Shown in pieces: positions 17,594 to 27,000 of a stretch of 55,877 bases of DNA. The stretch lies in IMG/VR virus record IMGVR_UViG_3300045988_101944. The stretch is one strand, 5' to 3'. This stretch comes from a virus. A model generated the notes under the pieces. The model searched no databases. It worked only from the letters and a program-made list of their open reading frames with translations, and had not been told where the DNA came from. How positions within the stretch are numbered: position 1 is the first letter of the stretch; each line of letters starts with the position of its first letter. The position numbers and the translations under genes were made by a program.

Positions 17594-17622
17594 ATTATAG
17601 AACAACTGTTCTGCTATGTCAA
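17594..17622 (-). promoter_or_regulatory. Consensus sigma-70-type promoter with a GAAC-N4-GTTC (Cheo/LexA) box in its spacer
   Basis: The minus strand reads TTGACA-TAGCAGAACAGTTGTTC-TATAAT with a 17-nt spacer. GAACAGTTGTTC is at 17600-17611. Confidence 0.65.
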
Positions 17623-17760
17623 TCCCCTCAAAAAAACAGGGCAGTGCAACGCCAATTACACCGCCCATAACCGAAACTTGATATGCCGATGTGTTTATCG
17701 ACATTCTTATTATAAGACTATTCGAGGGAATTTTAAATAGTTGTCAGACAATAAAATGCA

Positions 17761-18126
17761 CTAAAGTATGTCATTATTCGACAAAACTTTTAGTTCTTCT
17801 TCAATCTCATTTACCCTGTCCCTCTTGTATATCCTATCGTTAATTTGACTTCCGATATTCATATATGTTTCCGTTGCCCAGTTCTTGATACAAACACCGA
17901 TTTCTTCGGTTTCGCAGTCCTGTAATGCAATAAGCAACTTCTCTATAGCTTTTGCCATACGCCAATCACCACACTCTGAGGTGTTCTGCTGTAAATCAGA
18001 GTGTAAACATCTGAGTTCACTTTCCAACTCATTTTGTTTTTCTTGCTTTCTCATCATTTCACGGTACTGCATTTTGCTTTCTTCGTCCATGCTATTTTCC
18101 GAAGTTTCTATTGTTGTATAGTCCAT
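17761..18126 (-). CDS. Hypothetical protein (last gene of the late operon)
   Basis: 121 aa track ORF. Confidence 0.5.
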   Translation of the reverse strand: MDYTTIETSENSMDEESKMQYREMMRKQEKQNELESELRCLHSDLQQNTSECGDWRMAKAIEKLLIALQDCETEEIGVCIKNWATETYMNIGSQINDRIYKRDRVNEIEEELKVLSNNDIL

Positions 18127-18230
18127 TATCTTACCTCCGTTTTAAAGTTCTTCAATACTGCCATTTATTTTTTTCTCTCTTTCGTAAATTTGTGCATCCC
18201 TACACACAAGAGGTAGGTATGTTAGAACCG

Positions 18231-19346
18231 CTACGCTCCGATTACAAAGCGAGGACGAACATGCCCCCAAACATTGCCCGCATCGTAGTAGTACGCACCG
18301 CCATCAAGGTAACAATTGCAAAAATGAGCACCCGATGCACTATCCTTTAGCCAATACCAGCCACTTCTATTATTCATAGCTTGCCTGTTATGAGCAAATA
18401 GCGGCATTTGCATTTTTGCGTTTCCTGTATCATGTCCACTAGAACTCCAAACTATAGAACCGTAGACTTCAATTTCGCTCATTAAAATAGCTTGAAAACT
18501 ACCCCAAACCCAGTTGTTAGAACAACCAGTGTTACTGCCAAATCTATTATAACCGCTTTCATTTATGCCATTGCTACATAATTCTCTCGTAGTTTTTAAG
18601 TGTGAATCAAACTCAGCATACAATTGTTGATTTATGGTAGCATCACTAGTAGTAGAACCCTTCGAAGTAACTGCTCCTAATATGCTTGTATTCATCTCAG
18701 AGCCTACATATCCACCTGCCGTTGTATTTGTACTGTTCATCCTATGTCTGCCAAAATGCTGTGTACCGCCAAATCCCTGCCCTGCTGTCATAACTGCATG
18801 GTGATAATTCATATCTATGTTATCTCCATTGCCTTGCAAGGTATCTAAGCCGATGATTGTTACATATTGTGACCCTTTCATAGCCTCCGAGCTGTCTTGA
18901 TTCGGGCATGTGATAGGTCTTGACATTTTTATATAATCGCCTACATAAATGTCCTCAAATAAATCAAAACCATCTGTACCGTTTAATCTTTGATAGAATG
19001 TTCCGTCTGTGATATATGATGTAATGTCTTTTGGAACTATTCGAGGCATATTGTGGGTGGCGGTTTGAGATAATATACCGATTTCTTTTTCTATATCATT
19101 TATAGCTTCTGCTACCACTTTGTTTGCAACGGGATTTGATGATGCGGTCGATAACTCGCTGTCAACTTGCGTTCCTTTAACATACAACGTCCAGTTCGTC
19201 CCATCGTTTGTAGGTGTTATGCCTGTTACTGTTTTTAAAGCTATGTAGCCGTTGTTATTGTATTCAACTGCATCTAACCTTTCGTATGTTATATTACTTT
19301 TATACTCCCCTTTAGGTATTATTACTATTCTTCCTGCGTCTGCCAT
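18231..19346 (-). CDS. Putative receptor-binding tail fibre protein
   Basis: 371 aa, at the distal end of the tail module and directly after the fibre shaft gene. Confidence 0.5.
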   Translation of the reverse strand: MADAGRIVIIPKGEYKSNITYERLDAVEYNNNGYIALKTVTGITPTNDGTNWTLYVKGTQVDSELSTASSNPVANKVVAEAINDIEKEIGILSQTATHNMPRIVPKDITSYITDGTFYQRLNGTDGFDLFEDIYVGDYIKMSRPITCPNQDSSEAMKGSQYVTIIGLDTLQGNGDNIDMNYHHAVMTAGQGFGGTQHFGRHRMNSTNTTAGGYVGSEMNTSILGAVTSKGSTTSDATINQQLYAEFDSHLKTTRELCSNGINESGYNRFGSNTGCSNNWVWGSFQAILMSEIEVYGSIVWSSSGHDTGNAKMQMPLFAHNRQAMNNRSGWYWLKDSASGAHFCNCYLDGGAYYYDAGNVWGHVRPRFVIGA

Positions 19347-19348
19347 AT

Positions 19349-20227
19349 TTAATTTACCTCCCAGTTTAAATGTCCGTTATCCGCCACTTCAAAAGTAAAT
19401 CTTGCTCCTGTGTATTCAAGATGCCCTGTTTCAAAGTTTACTTTAAAAGTGGCTTCTGTTTTGCCAAATGCATCATTTATCTTGTCTATTTGACTGTTTC
19501 CGGCATCTTCAATTTGTTTTAAATACGATGGCACATTTGCACTTACTGTTTCTGCTTTTTCTGAATAATACTTTGCATTGTCAGTATCTTCCCCATCACG
19601 GATGCCGCTTTTACCAACGCTGTAAGACTGAGATAACTTAGCGTCTAACTCAGCATTTGTAGCCGACTGAGCCGCCGCTTTTGCACTTGCCGCCGCATTG
19701 TTCTCTGACAGTGTTATAGATGCCATAACTTCACTTGACAGCATAGCTTTTGTAATACTGCCGCTTTTGATAGACGCACTCACTTTTCCATCGCTATCAA
19801 CGCTAAAAGCTATCGTATCAGTGTCTTTAAACTCATACTGAGTAATCAAAGCTGACATATCAATGTATTGCTTTTCGCCGTTTTCAAGTGTAAGTATGAG
19901 CTGTTGTGTCTGTGCGTTATATTCAAAGTTTACGGCTATCTTTTCCATTGCGGTATCAATGTTCAAAACTGTACCATTGTGCTTCGTTATACTGATAACG
20001 CCATTTTTATCATTAAAAGATACATCAGTCACCATGTTATTAAGTTGGTCTGCACTTACTTTTGTAGTGTCAATTTCATCAATTTTAGCCGACATTGATA
20101 CAACTTCATCATCAATAAGATTGATTGCTTTATCCATCTTATTTAAGTTTGTTTTACCAAGCGGTGTTGTCAGACTTTCCGACTTATTAAGCCAATTTAT
20201 TCGGGTGTAAACCTTTATTACTGCCAT
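19349..20227 (-). CDS. Tail fibre protein (shaft)
   Basis: 292 aa. Contains an N-terminal INWLNKSESLTTPLGKTNLNKMD motif and an AASAKAAAQSATNAELDAK segment typical of fibre proteins. Confidence 0.55.
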   Translation of the reverse strand: MAVIKVYTRINWLNKSESLTTPLGKTNLNKMDKAINLIDDEVVSMSAKIDEIDTTKVSADQLNNMVTDVSFNDKNGVISITKHNGTVLNIDTAMEKIAVNFEYNAQTQQLILTLENGEKQYIDMSALITQYEFKDTDTIAFSVDSDGKVSASIKSGSITKAMLSSEVMASITLSENNAAASAKAAAQSATNAELDAKLSQSYSVGKSGIRDGEDTDNAKYYSEKAETVSANVPSYLKQIEDAGNSQIDKINDAFGKTEATFKVNFETGHLEYTGARFTFEVADNGHLNWEVN

Positions 20228-20240
20228 CGTGTGTCACCTC

Positions 20241-20486
20241 TTATTCTGCTGTTTTTGTTTCCTCTGTTTCCATAAGACTATATACATAATTGTCAAATGC
20301 CGCAAAGTCTTTTAAAATCTCATCTTTATTTGCATTAAATAATTCTACATCTTGAATCGACTTTCCCATGTTTGGTGTACCACTGACTGGGATGGTTGCG
20401 TTCATATATGCTACTTGTTTTTCTTTACCATCAACTGTTAATACACTCACTCCTGTTAATGTAGTTTGTTTGTTTAATTTAACCAT
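20241..20486 (-). CDS. Small tail-associated protein
   Basis: 81 aa track ORF within the tail module. Confidence 0.4.
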   Translation of the reverse strand: MVKLNKQTTLTGVSVLTVDGKEKQVAYMNATIPVSGTPNMGKSIQDVELFNANKDEILKDFAAFDNYVYSLMETEETKTAE

Positions 20487-20487
20487 T

Positions 20488-22908
20488 TTATTTTCCTCCT
20501 AAAATCTGTTGTTTTAATATCATAAATTCACCTTGTAAATTTAAAAGTTGAAATTGTAACTGCTGATTTTTTTCTATTTCCTGCTTTAAATCTCGCTTTA
20601 AGCACTGGCAGTATTTTGTAAGTGGTGCTATAAATTCCTCATACCTCAAAGCGGCATACTCCTGTTTATCTTCATCTATCTTTACTGTTGCATATGCGGC
20701 AAAATTTTCGGCTGTTCCTAAGACTTTTTCAGCCGTCTGCTTGACCTCATCCGCTATAAATCCGCTATGAGTTCGTTTGCCGTCTATCATTCTATATGTT
20801 GACGGTTTTAAGCCGTCTATAAGGTCGTTTGCGTACTGTTCATCTATTTCATTGATGTTTGTTTTTAATCGTCTGTCTGACGCCGTAAATGCCCCTGTGT
20901 TCGTTGTTACTGAACTGTTACCTACATCTACTGCGAACAAATAGCCGTTATTCATAGCTTTATCTTTTGAATAAAAGCCTGCAACTGACAAATCACAATA
21001 CCCATAACTTGTTGTAGGTATGCCTGTACTTGCCGTGCCTGTTTGAACACCACAAATCAATTTACCTTGATATAATGATGACTTGTAGGGATAGCCATTC
21101 CATTGATAGTAGTTTGTGTAAGAATGTGTGGATATAAACGATTCTCCATTAGAATACATATAGCCATTACCAAAATTCCAACCACCGATTTTTCCGTTTC
21201 CCGACCTGTCAAGACTAAAATTAGAACTATTTACTACAAGTCTGTTAGAATTAAGTGTAATCTGCTCTGACGATTGATTTATCTCACTGCATACATCACC
21301 CTTTGAAACTTTTTGTGATATTCCGTTTTCAGTTATTGATATTCTGCTCGATAAACTATTTTCTTCATTCGTTGCTCTTGTAACCTCGGCTGTTATACTA
21401 TTTGAAGTTTGAGTGAATCTTGAATCTGTACTATCTGATAAATTGGACAATTCAGTAGAGAATTGTTCCGCAGTCAAAGTTATTCTACCGCTTAACTTTG
21501 TTTCTTCACCTTTGGCTCTTGTTACTTCTTGTGTAATTGCATCTGCCGTAACTGTTATCCTGCCCGAAAGTTCTCCCTCAGCGTTGCTTGCTCGGATTAC
21601 TTCCGCTTCTATGCTGTCCTCAGTTTTTTTCAAACTTACTGTAGTTTTTTCGGCTAAATCGTTTAAATTCCCCGACACCTCGTCTATGCTATCAGATATT
21701 TCATCTGTTTTTTCGTCCAGTTCATCATCTTTATTTTTTAAATCTTCAATATCATCTTCAACACTTGTTTGATTGTCTCTATATTTATTTCCTTTTGCTG
21801 ATATAGTATCTGTAAGGGCTTGTATGCCTTTTAATTCCCTTGAAAACAAATATGCTACTATATCATCATTTTTCTTTTCTAAGGCTATCTGTGAGCCTAT
21901 ATCAAGCCATGCCATGCCATCAGTAGTTATATCACATGGTCTATAGCCAACAACCGATGTAAATTTATTGACTATGTTGTTTCCAATCGTGTTTAGTTCC
22001 TCAGTTGTTTTTCCGTACAACAAGTAATTCCCTGATATTATATAAGGATTTGACGTATCGTTGCCAATTGTAGTGGTTATACTTGATTTATTAGTTTTTA
22101 GAATCAAACATGATATACGTTCTACATTATACTCTTCATAAGTTACGCTCCTGTACTCAGGATAAAATGTTTCTGTTCCATCTTTGTTTAAACCAATATA
22201 TTCAAATTCGCCATCTTCAGGATAAAGTGTTTCTTCGGGATATAAATTTTCTTCGGGATATAACGGCTCGCTTGTTAAATATGTAATTTCAAATTTACCA
22301 TTACGGTTTATTATTCCGAAACCACCAGCCAAAACGCATGTCATTTTCAATAATGCTTGCCCTGTTATTTTATTAGATGTGGTATCAATAGTCTTTGCTA
22401 CCGTCATATTATCATTTGGTAAGGATTGTACTTCGCTTTCAACACCAAAATGCAATAATAGAGATTGCCTAAAGTTTTTTAAGGTTGTTTGAGTTATATT
22501 TGAAAAAAAGCTGTTATACCAATCAGATACATCATCTTGCATTTTATAAAACGCATCATACCCGACAACTTTTTTGTAATCATTATCATCTACTTGCGTA
22601 ACTGTCTCAGCTATGTAAGTCCCCATTTTGACTCTTGCGGCGTTGCCATTATTTACCAGTAATTCTGTTGTAAATTCCTGCCCTTTTAGTTCCTCTGTTA
22701 AAACTTCCGACACTTCAAATTCAAAAGTTGATGCAATACAGCCGCCAAATTCTAAATCTCCGTCACCTGTTATAGCTTGCTTTATGCTTACGCTTTCTTG
22801 ATGTATAGTTTCATTTGTTATAGTAACAGCCGGAAACTTAATAACATAATCGTTAAAATAACCTGCACCGCCTAAGAGTGCTTTCTTTTCTTCGTCAGTA
22901 ACTTGCAT
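20488..22908 (-). CDS. Tail protein with a C-terminal S74 intramolecular-chaperone (auto-processing) domain
   Basis: 806 aa. Contains a coiled-coil repeat region and the C-terminal segment SDRRLKTNINEI...GFIADEVKQ...ALRYEEFIAPL. Confidence 0.75.
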   Translation of the reverse strand: MQVTDEEKKALLGGAGYFNDYVIKFPAVTITNETIHQESVSIKQAITGDGDLEFGGCIASTFEFEVSEVLTEELKGQEFTTELLVNNGNAARVKMGTYIAETVTQVDDNDYKKVVGYDAFYKMQDDVSDWYNSFFSNITQTTLKNFRQSLLLHFGVESEVQSLPNDNMTVAKTIDTTSNKITGQALLKMTCVLAGGFGIINRNGKFEITYLTSEPLYPEENLYPEETLYPEDGEFEYIGLNKDGTETFYPEYRSVTYEEYNVERISCLILKTNKSSITTTIGNDTSNPYIISGNYLLYGKTTEELNTIGNNIVNKFTSVVGYRPCDITTDGMAWLDIGSQIALEKKNDDIVAYLFSRELKGIQALTDTISAKGNKYRDNQTSVEDDIEDLKNKDDELDEKTDEISDSIDEVSGNLNDLAEKTTVSLKKTEDSIEAEVIRASNAEGELSGRITVTADAITQEVTRAKGEETKLSGRITLTAEQFSTELSNLSDSTDSRFTQTSNSITAEVTRATNEENSLSSRISITENGISQKVSKGDVCSEINQSSEQITLNSNRLVVNSSNFSLDRSGNGKIGGWNFGNGYMYSNGESFISTHSYTNYYQWNGYPYKSSLYQGKLICGVQTGTASTGIPTTSYGYCDLSVAGFYSKDKAMNNGYLFAVDVGNSSVTTNTGAFTASDRRLKTNINEIDEQYANDLIDGLKPSTYRMIDGKRTHSGFIADEVKQTAEKVLGTAENFAAYATVKIDEDKQEYAALRYEEFIAPLTKYCQCLKRDLKQEIEKNQQLQFQLLNLQGEFMILKQQILGGK

Positions 22909-22920
22909 TGTCTCACCTCG

Positions 22921-23370
22921 CTAATACTCTATTAACTCAAATGTCGTAGGCAAATATGTCGGTGTTCCCCTATATGTACCGCCGTATTTCCATTCAACAT
23001 CCGGTATATAGAAAAATCCTGTTTCGTAATCGTTAGTCCATTCATTAAAGTACCTAACACGAACTTTCTTTTCGGGCGGCTCTGCACAATCCTTTTGTTT
23101 CATGGCTTTGCGTATGATAGTCATAAACTTTTCTTTTTTGTCATACTCCATATAGACTGTTGAAAAAGATATGCCATCACGCATATGCTTTAAAACATTT
23201 CTCTTTAAACGACCGTTTGCATTGACATAACTATCTAAATCCTGTGCCCTGTCAGCGGTGATACTCAAATTATCTGCCGCTATGAATTGGTCTATTTTTG
23301 TGTATTCGTAGTTTCCACCGCTATATCCTGTAGCAATAGAAACAAGACCCTTACTCTTTGAAAATGCCAT
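22921..23370 (-). CDS. Putative distal tail protein (Dit-position)
   Basis: 149 aa. It is the first conserved tail gene after the tape measure. The call rests on position only. Confidence 0.35.
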   Translation of the reverse strand: MAFSKSKGLVSIATGYSGGNYEYTKIDQFIAADNLSITADRAQDLDSYVNANGRLKRNVLKHMRDGISFSTVYMEYDKKEKFMTIIRKAMKQKDCAEPPEKKVRVRYFNEWTNDYETGFFYIPDVEWKYGGTYRGTPTYLPTTFELIEY

Positions 23371-23412
23371 AATTCTACCTCTAACTTTTTAAGGTTAATG
23401 ATTTTTTTGCAT

Positions 23413-23438
23413 CAAAAAAGACGGATATTAAATCCGCC
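23413..23438 (-). terminator. Rho-independent terminator after 23461..23976
   Basis: The minus strand reads GGCGGAT-TTAAT-ATCCGTC followed by TTTTTT. Confidence 0.6.
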
Positions 23439-23460
23439 TTGTGGTTTTGTAAAATTTAAT

Positions 23461-23976
23461 TTATTCTTTTATCAATTTAGCATAATGTAAATCCAATGCA
23501 ACATCTTTTGTTTTTTCACCAGTAAGAGAATTTTCAGTATCTCCCATTCCGTTAAAAACAGTATATGCTTCGATAACATCACCCTCTAATATATTAAGGT
23601 TATCATCATTTGTCTGATAATCATACAGCCAAACAAATTTATCATAATCTTCTTGCTTTTCTTTCTTGTTATACACATATGCTTTATAATACTTGTCACA
23701 TCCTGTTTTTATGCTGTCGTTTATTACATCACTAATGTAAAGATTAACCTTAAAGCATTGTCCATCATATTTTTTAGGCTCTCTTGCAACCTTTTTGTAC
23801 GGAAACGATACACTTTTATTCTTCATTTCTTGTAAAGTATAGCTTTGTTCTATTCGTTTCGTATCATCATCTGAGCTATCGTCTCCGATTACTGACAATA
23901 CATAAAGTCCAATCACAATTCCAACTATTATCCATAATATCTTATGTTTTTTCTTACCTTTATTCATTTCCAACAC
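23461..23976 (-). CDS. Membrane-anchored extracytoplasmic protein (moron; candidate superinfection exclusion)
   Basis: 171 aa. The N-terminal KKHKILWIIVGIVIGLYVLSVIG transmembrane anchor is followed by an acidic linker. The gene has its own promoter-like and terminator sequences. Confidence 0.6.
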   Translation of the reverse strand: MLEMNKGKKKHKILWIIVGIVIGLYVLSVIGDDSSDDDTKRIEQSYTLQEMKNKSVSFPYKKVAREPKKYDGQCFKVNLYISDVINDSIKTGCDKYYKAYVYNKKEKQEDYDKFVWLYDYQTNDDNLNILEGDVIEAYTVFNGMGDTENSLTGEKTKDVALDLHYAKLIKE

Positions 23977-24034
23977 TCCTTTTCTTTTAAATATTTGCTA
24001 TATCGTACCACATTTAGCACAATATAGCAATATT

Positions 24035-27000
24035 CTAAGTGAAAAGAGGTTTGCCGTAACGCTTTTTGTAATTACTGTTGGCATTTTGCGTTATTTTGAC
24101 TATATCACCCTCGGAAACGCCCTCGACATACAAAGGAGTGCCACTGCTATTCATGCGGTTTATGCTTGTTACAAGACTTGTTAAAACAGGTGTCATAACA
24201 TTGTAAACTGCATCTGACACACCTTGTGACACTGACGCTACAATCTGGTCGTTGTTCATAACCGCTGTATGACCTTTTAATGTACTTACAAGCTCAGGAC
24301 CTTTTTCTCTTGCTACAAATAATTGCCCCATATTCGGCATACCGCCATTTGCATATTTTGCTATGTTGTGCCACGAACCATTTTCAAAAATACCGCCTTT
24401 TGCCAACTTAGGTACTGAGGGAATACTAACTCCCGGTATTTTATTGATAGTTTTAATGCCTTTGTTAATTGCACTAGCAATAGCATTCCAAGCCTTTTTT
24501 AACGGTGCTGTGAACATATCTTTAAAAGTAGCTGTTAAAACTGCTGTTTTACTCGTTAATTCTTTCCATTTATCTTTTATTGACTTAAAAACATCTTTGG
24601 TTTTTTCTTCTGCTCTTCCTGTTAAGGTAGCCGTTTTGGTTTTAACGCTTTTCCATATGCTACCGAGTTTGTCAACGCCATCTTTAATTGTAGCTTTTGC
24701 AGTTACAATCGCATCTTTGGACTTTATTTTTCCCCATTTTTCGGATAACTCGTCAAACTTATTTGAAATTGTTGCTTTTGCCTTAGCCCAAAACTCCTTT
24801 GTACCACCTTTTATTTTCCCCCAAGCTTCTGAAACTTTCTCAAAGCCATCCTCAACAACTCCTTTGGCTCTGACGAAAATATTTTTTGTACCCTCTTTAA
24901 AATCAGACCACGCCTGTTGTGCTTCATTAAAAGTAGCTTCAATCTTACCTTTTGCTTTAGCCCATAAATTTTTAACTCCTTCTTTGATATTATTCCAGCC
25001 TTCAACAACTTTATTAAATGCTCCCTCAACTGTAGCTTTTGCTTTAGCCCATAAACTTTTAACTCCCTCTTTAACCTTGCCCCAAGCTTCTTTTACAGCT
25101 TCAAACTTTTTAGTTATTTCTCCTTTTGCTTTAGCCATTAAAGTTTTCACTTTTTCTTTTTTGCCGTTCCACCATTCCTTGATTTCTTTGGCTTTATCGT
25201 CAAAACTGCCTTTTATTTTTAATCCAAGTTCAATAGTTGCTTTACCTAAATTTTGAAGTTTTTCTTTTATTTTGTCCTTTAAATTAAAATTATTCATAAA
25301 ACCATCAACGCAAAATCCAGCAATCTCCTTAAATACCGTTGACGGAGAATGTATTCCTAATGCTTCTTTGACAGGTTTTACAATAAGATTGTAAAGGAAA
25401 TTTGCAGGATATACCAACGCATTAGCAAACCCCTTTAAAACTCCGTTCGCCATATCGTTTCCCACATCAATTCCGGATGTCATGGCTGTCGTATCATCCC
25501 AAGTATCTCCGAAAAAGTCTTTTATTGTTGTGCCTATCTTTATAGCTAATTTTACAGGTACTTGAAAAACACCCATAGGTGAGTTTTCATCAAGCCAAGA
25601 AACTTTTTTGCAAAGTGGCTTCCAAATTTTGTTTGTAAACCATTCATCAATATTTCTTGCTAGTTCATCAGCCGCCATATCGGGATTTGCTAATGTTGGA
25701 AGTTTTGTAGCGATTTTTACAGCAATATTTGACAGCGTCAAACCTTTTTGTATTCCCAATGCTGTTTTCACAGCTTTTATAACATCGCTTATTTTTGCTC
25801 CGTTTGCTATCCAATTTTTAATACTTGCATATACATTTTTAAATGTGACAACTATTTTGCCGATTCCTGATTTAATCTTTGTTGCAAGAGCCTTAGCCGC
25901 CTTGCTTATTTTCGATATGGACCATGCTTTTATAACAGCAAAAACTCTTGAAAGTCCTACACTTAATTTAGACTTTCCAATTTTACTTCCAAGCAATATT
26001 GCAAGTAGCTTTTTCCATCCTTTTCTTAATGTAAATCCTAAAATTCCTATTGTGATTATTCCTGAAACTGGGTCTTCTTTTGTTTGTGCTGTAATCGTTG
26101 TCCCTATTGCTTTAACTAAAGATTTCGCCATTTTGCCTAGTGACCAAATAACTCCACCCCAATCAATAGAACCGATAAAATCAGCAATAGCCTGTCCTAC
26201 TTGTTCCCAATCAACAGTATCAAGTGCAGTCGTAATACTATCTGCTATGCCTTTTATTCCGTCACTCAAACTCTTTCCAAGTTCCTGCCAACCACTAAGT
26301 CCAGTCTGCTTATTCTTCTTGTTCATTGTCTTAAAGAAGTCGTTTATACCTTGACCTAACGCTTTTCCAAGACCTTTAAAATCAAAAGTTGTTATTGCTC
26401 CAAATGCTGTTTCGATAGCCGCCCTTAATTTGGATGCCATTGATTTAAAATAAGATTGTAATACACCTGTTTTAATTGCTGAGTTAAGTGTTTTTGACAA
26501 ACCTTTTCCGAGATTTACCCAGTTTACAGTCTCAAAAAAGTTTGTTTCCGCCTCAAGCACTCCTTTAATTGAATTTCCAATAGCTTTTCCAAGGCCTTTC
26601 CACTTGAATTTTTCAACAAAGCCATTTAAAGAAGTACCCATAATTGAGGTAATCTTTTTCAAGCCTTTAGCCCATTTGCTTGTATTTTCGTTCACCCAGT
26701 CAATGCCCTTATTTAAGGTTGTCGCAAGTGCTTCACCGATTTCTGTTCCGTCACCTGTGTCCCAAGCTGTTGTAAACAGTTTTTCAATCTTTTCTTTGAG
26801 CTTGTCAGCATCGCTTGTCATGCTTTTAAACGCTTTATTCCAGCGTTTTTCATAATCTTCGACAGCATTTATAAGAGCATCAGATAAAACGCCACTAACA
26901 TCTCCTGTGCCGTTTTTATCCTTGTCACTGTCTTTCTTAGATGTTTCGTTTGTCGTAAGATTATTTAACTTATCAAAACCCTGTAACTGCTTATTAAACT

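Noticed and set aside
22205-22265. The tandem LYPEE-type triplet (PLYPEENLYPEETLYPEDGEF) in the 806-aa tail protein as a separate feature.
   Set aside because: It is a short in-frame slippage-type repeat in a linker of a structural protein, with nothing to suggest an independent function.
18231-22908. A diversity-generating retroelement or other targeted hypervariation system acting on the tail fibre genes.
   Set aside because: No reverse transcriptase ORF and no template/variable repeat pair could be found anywhere in the window.
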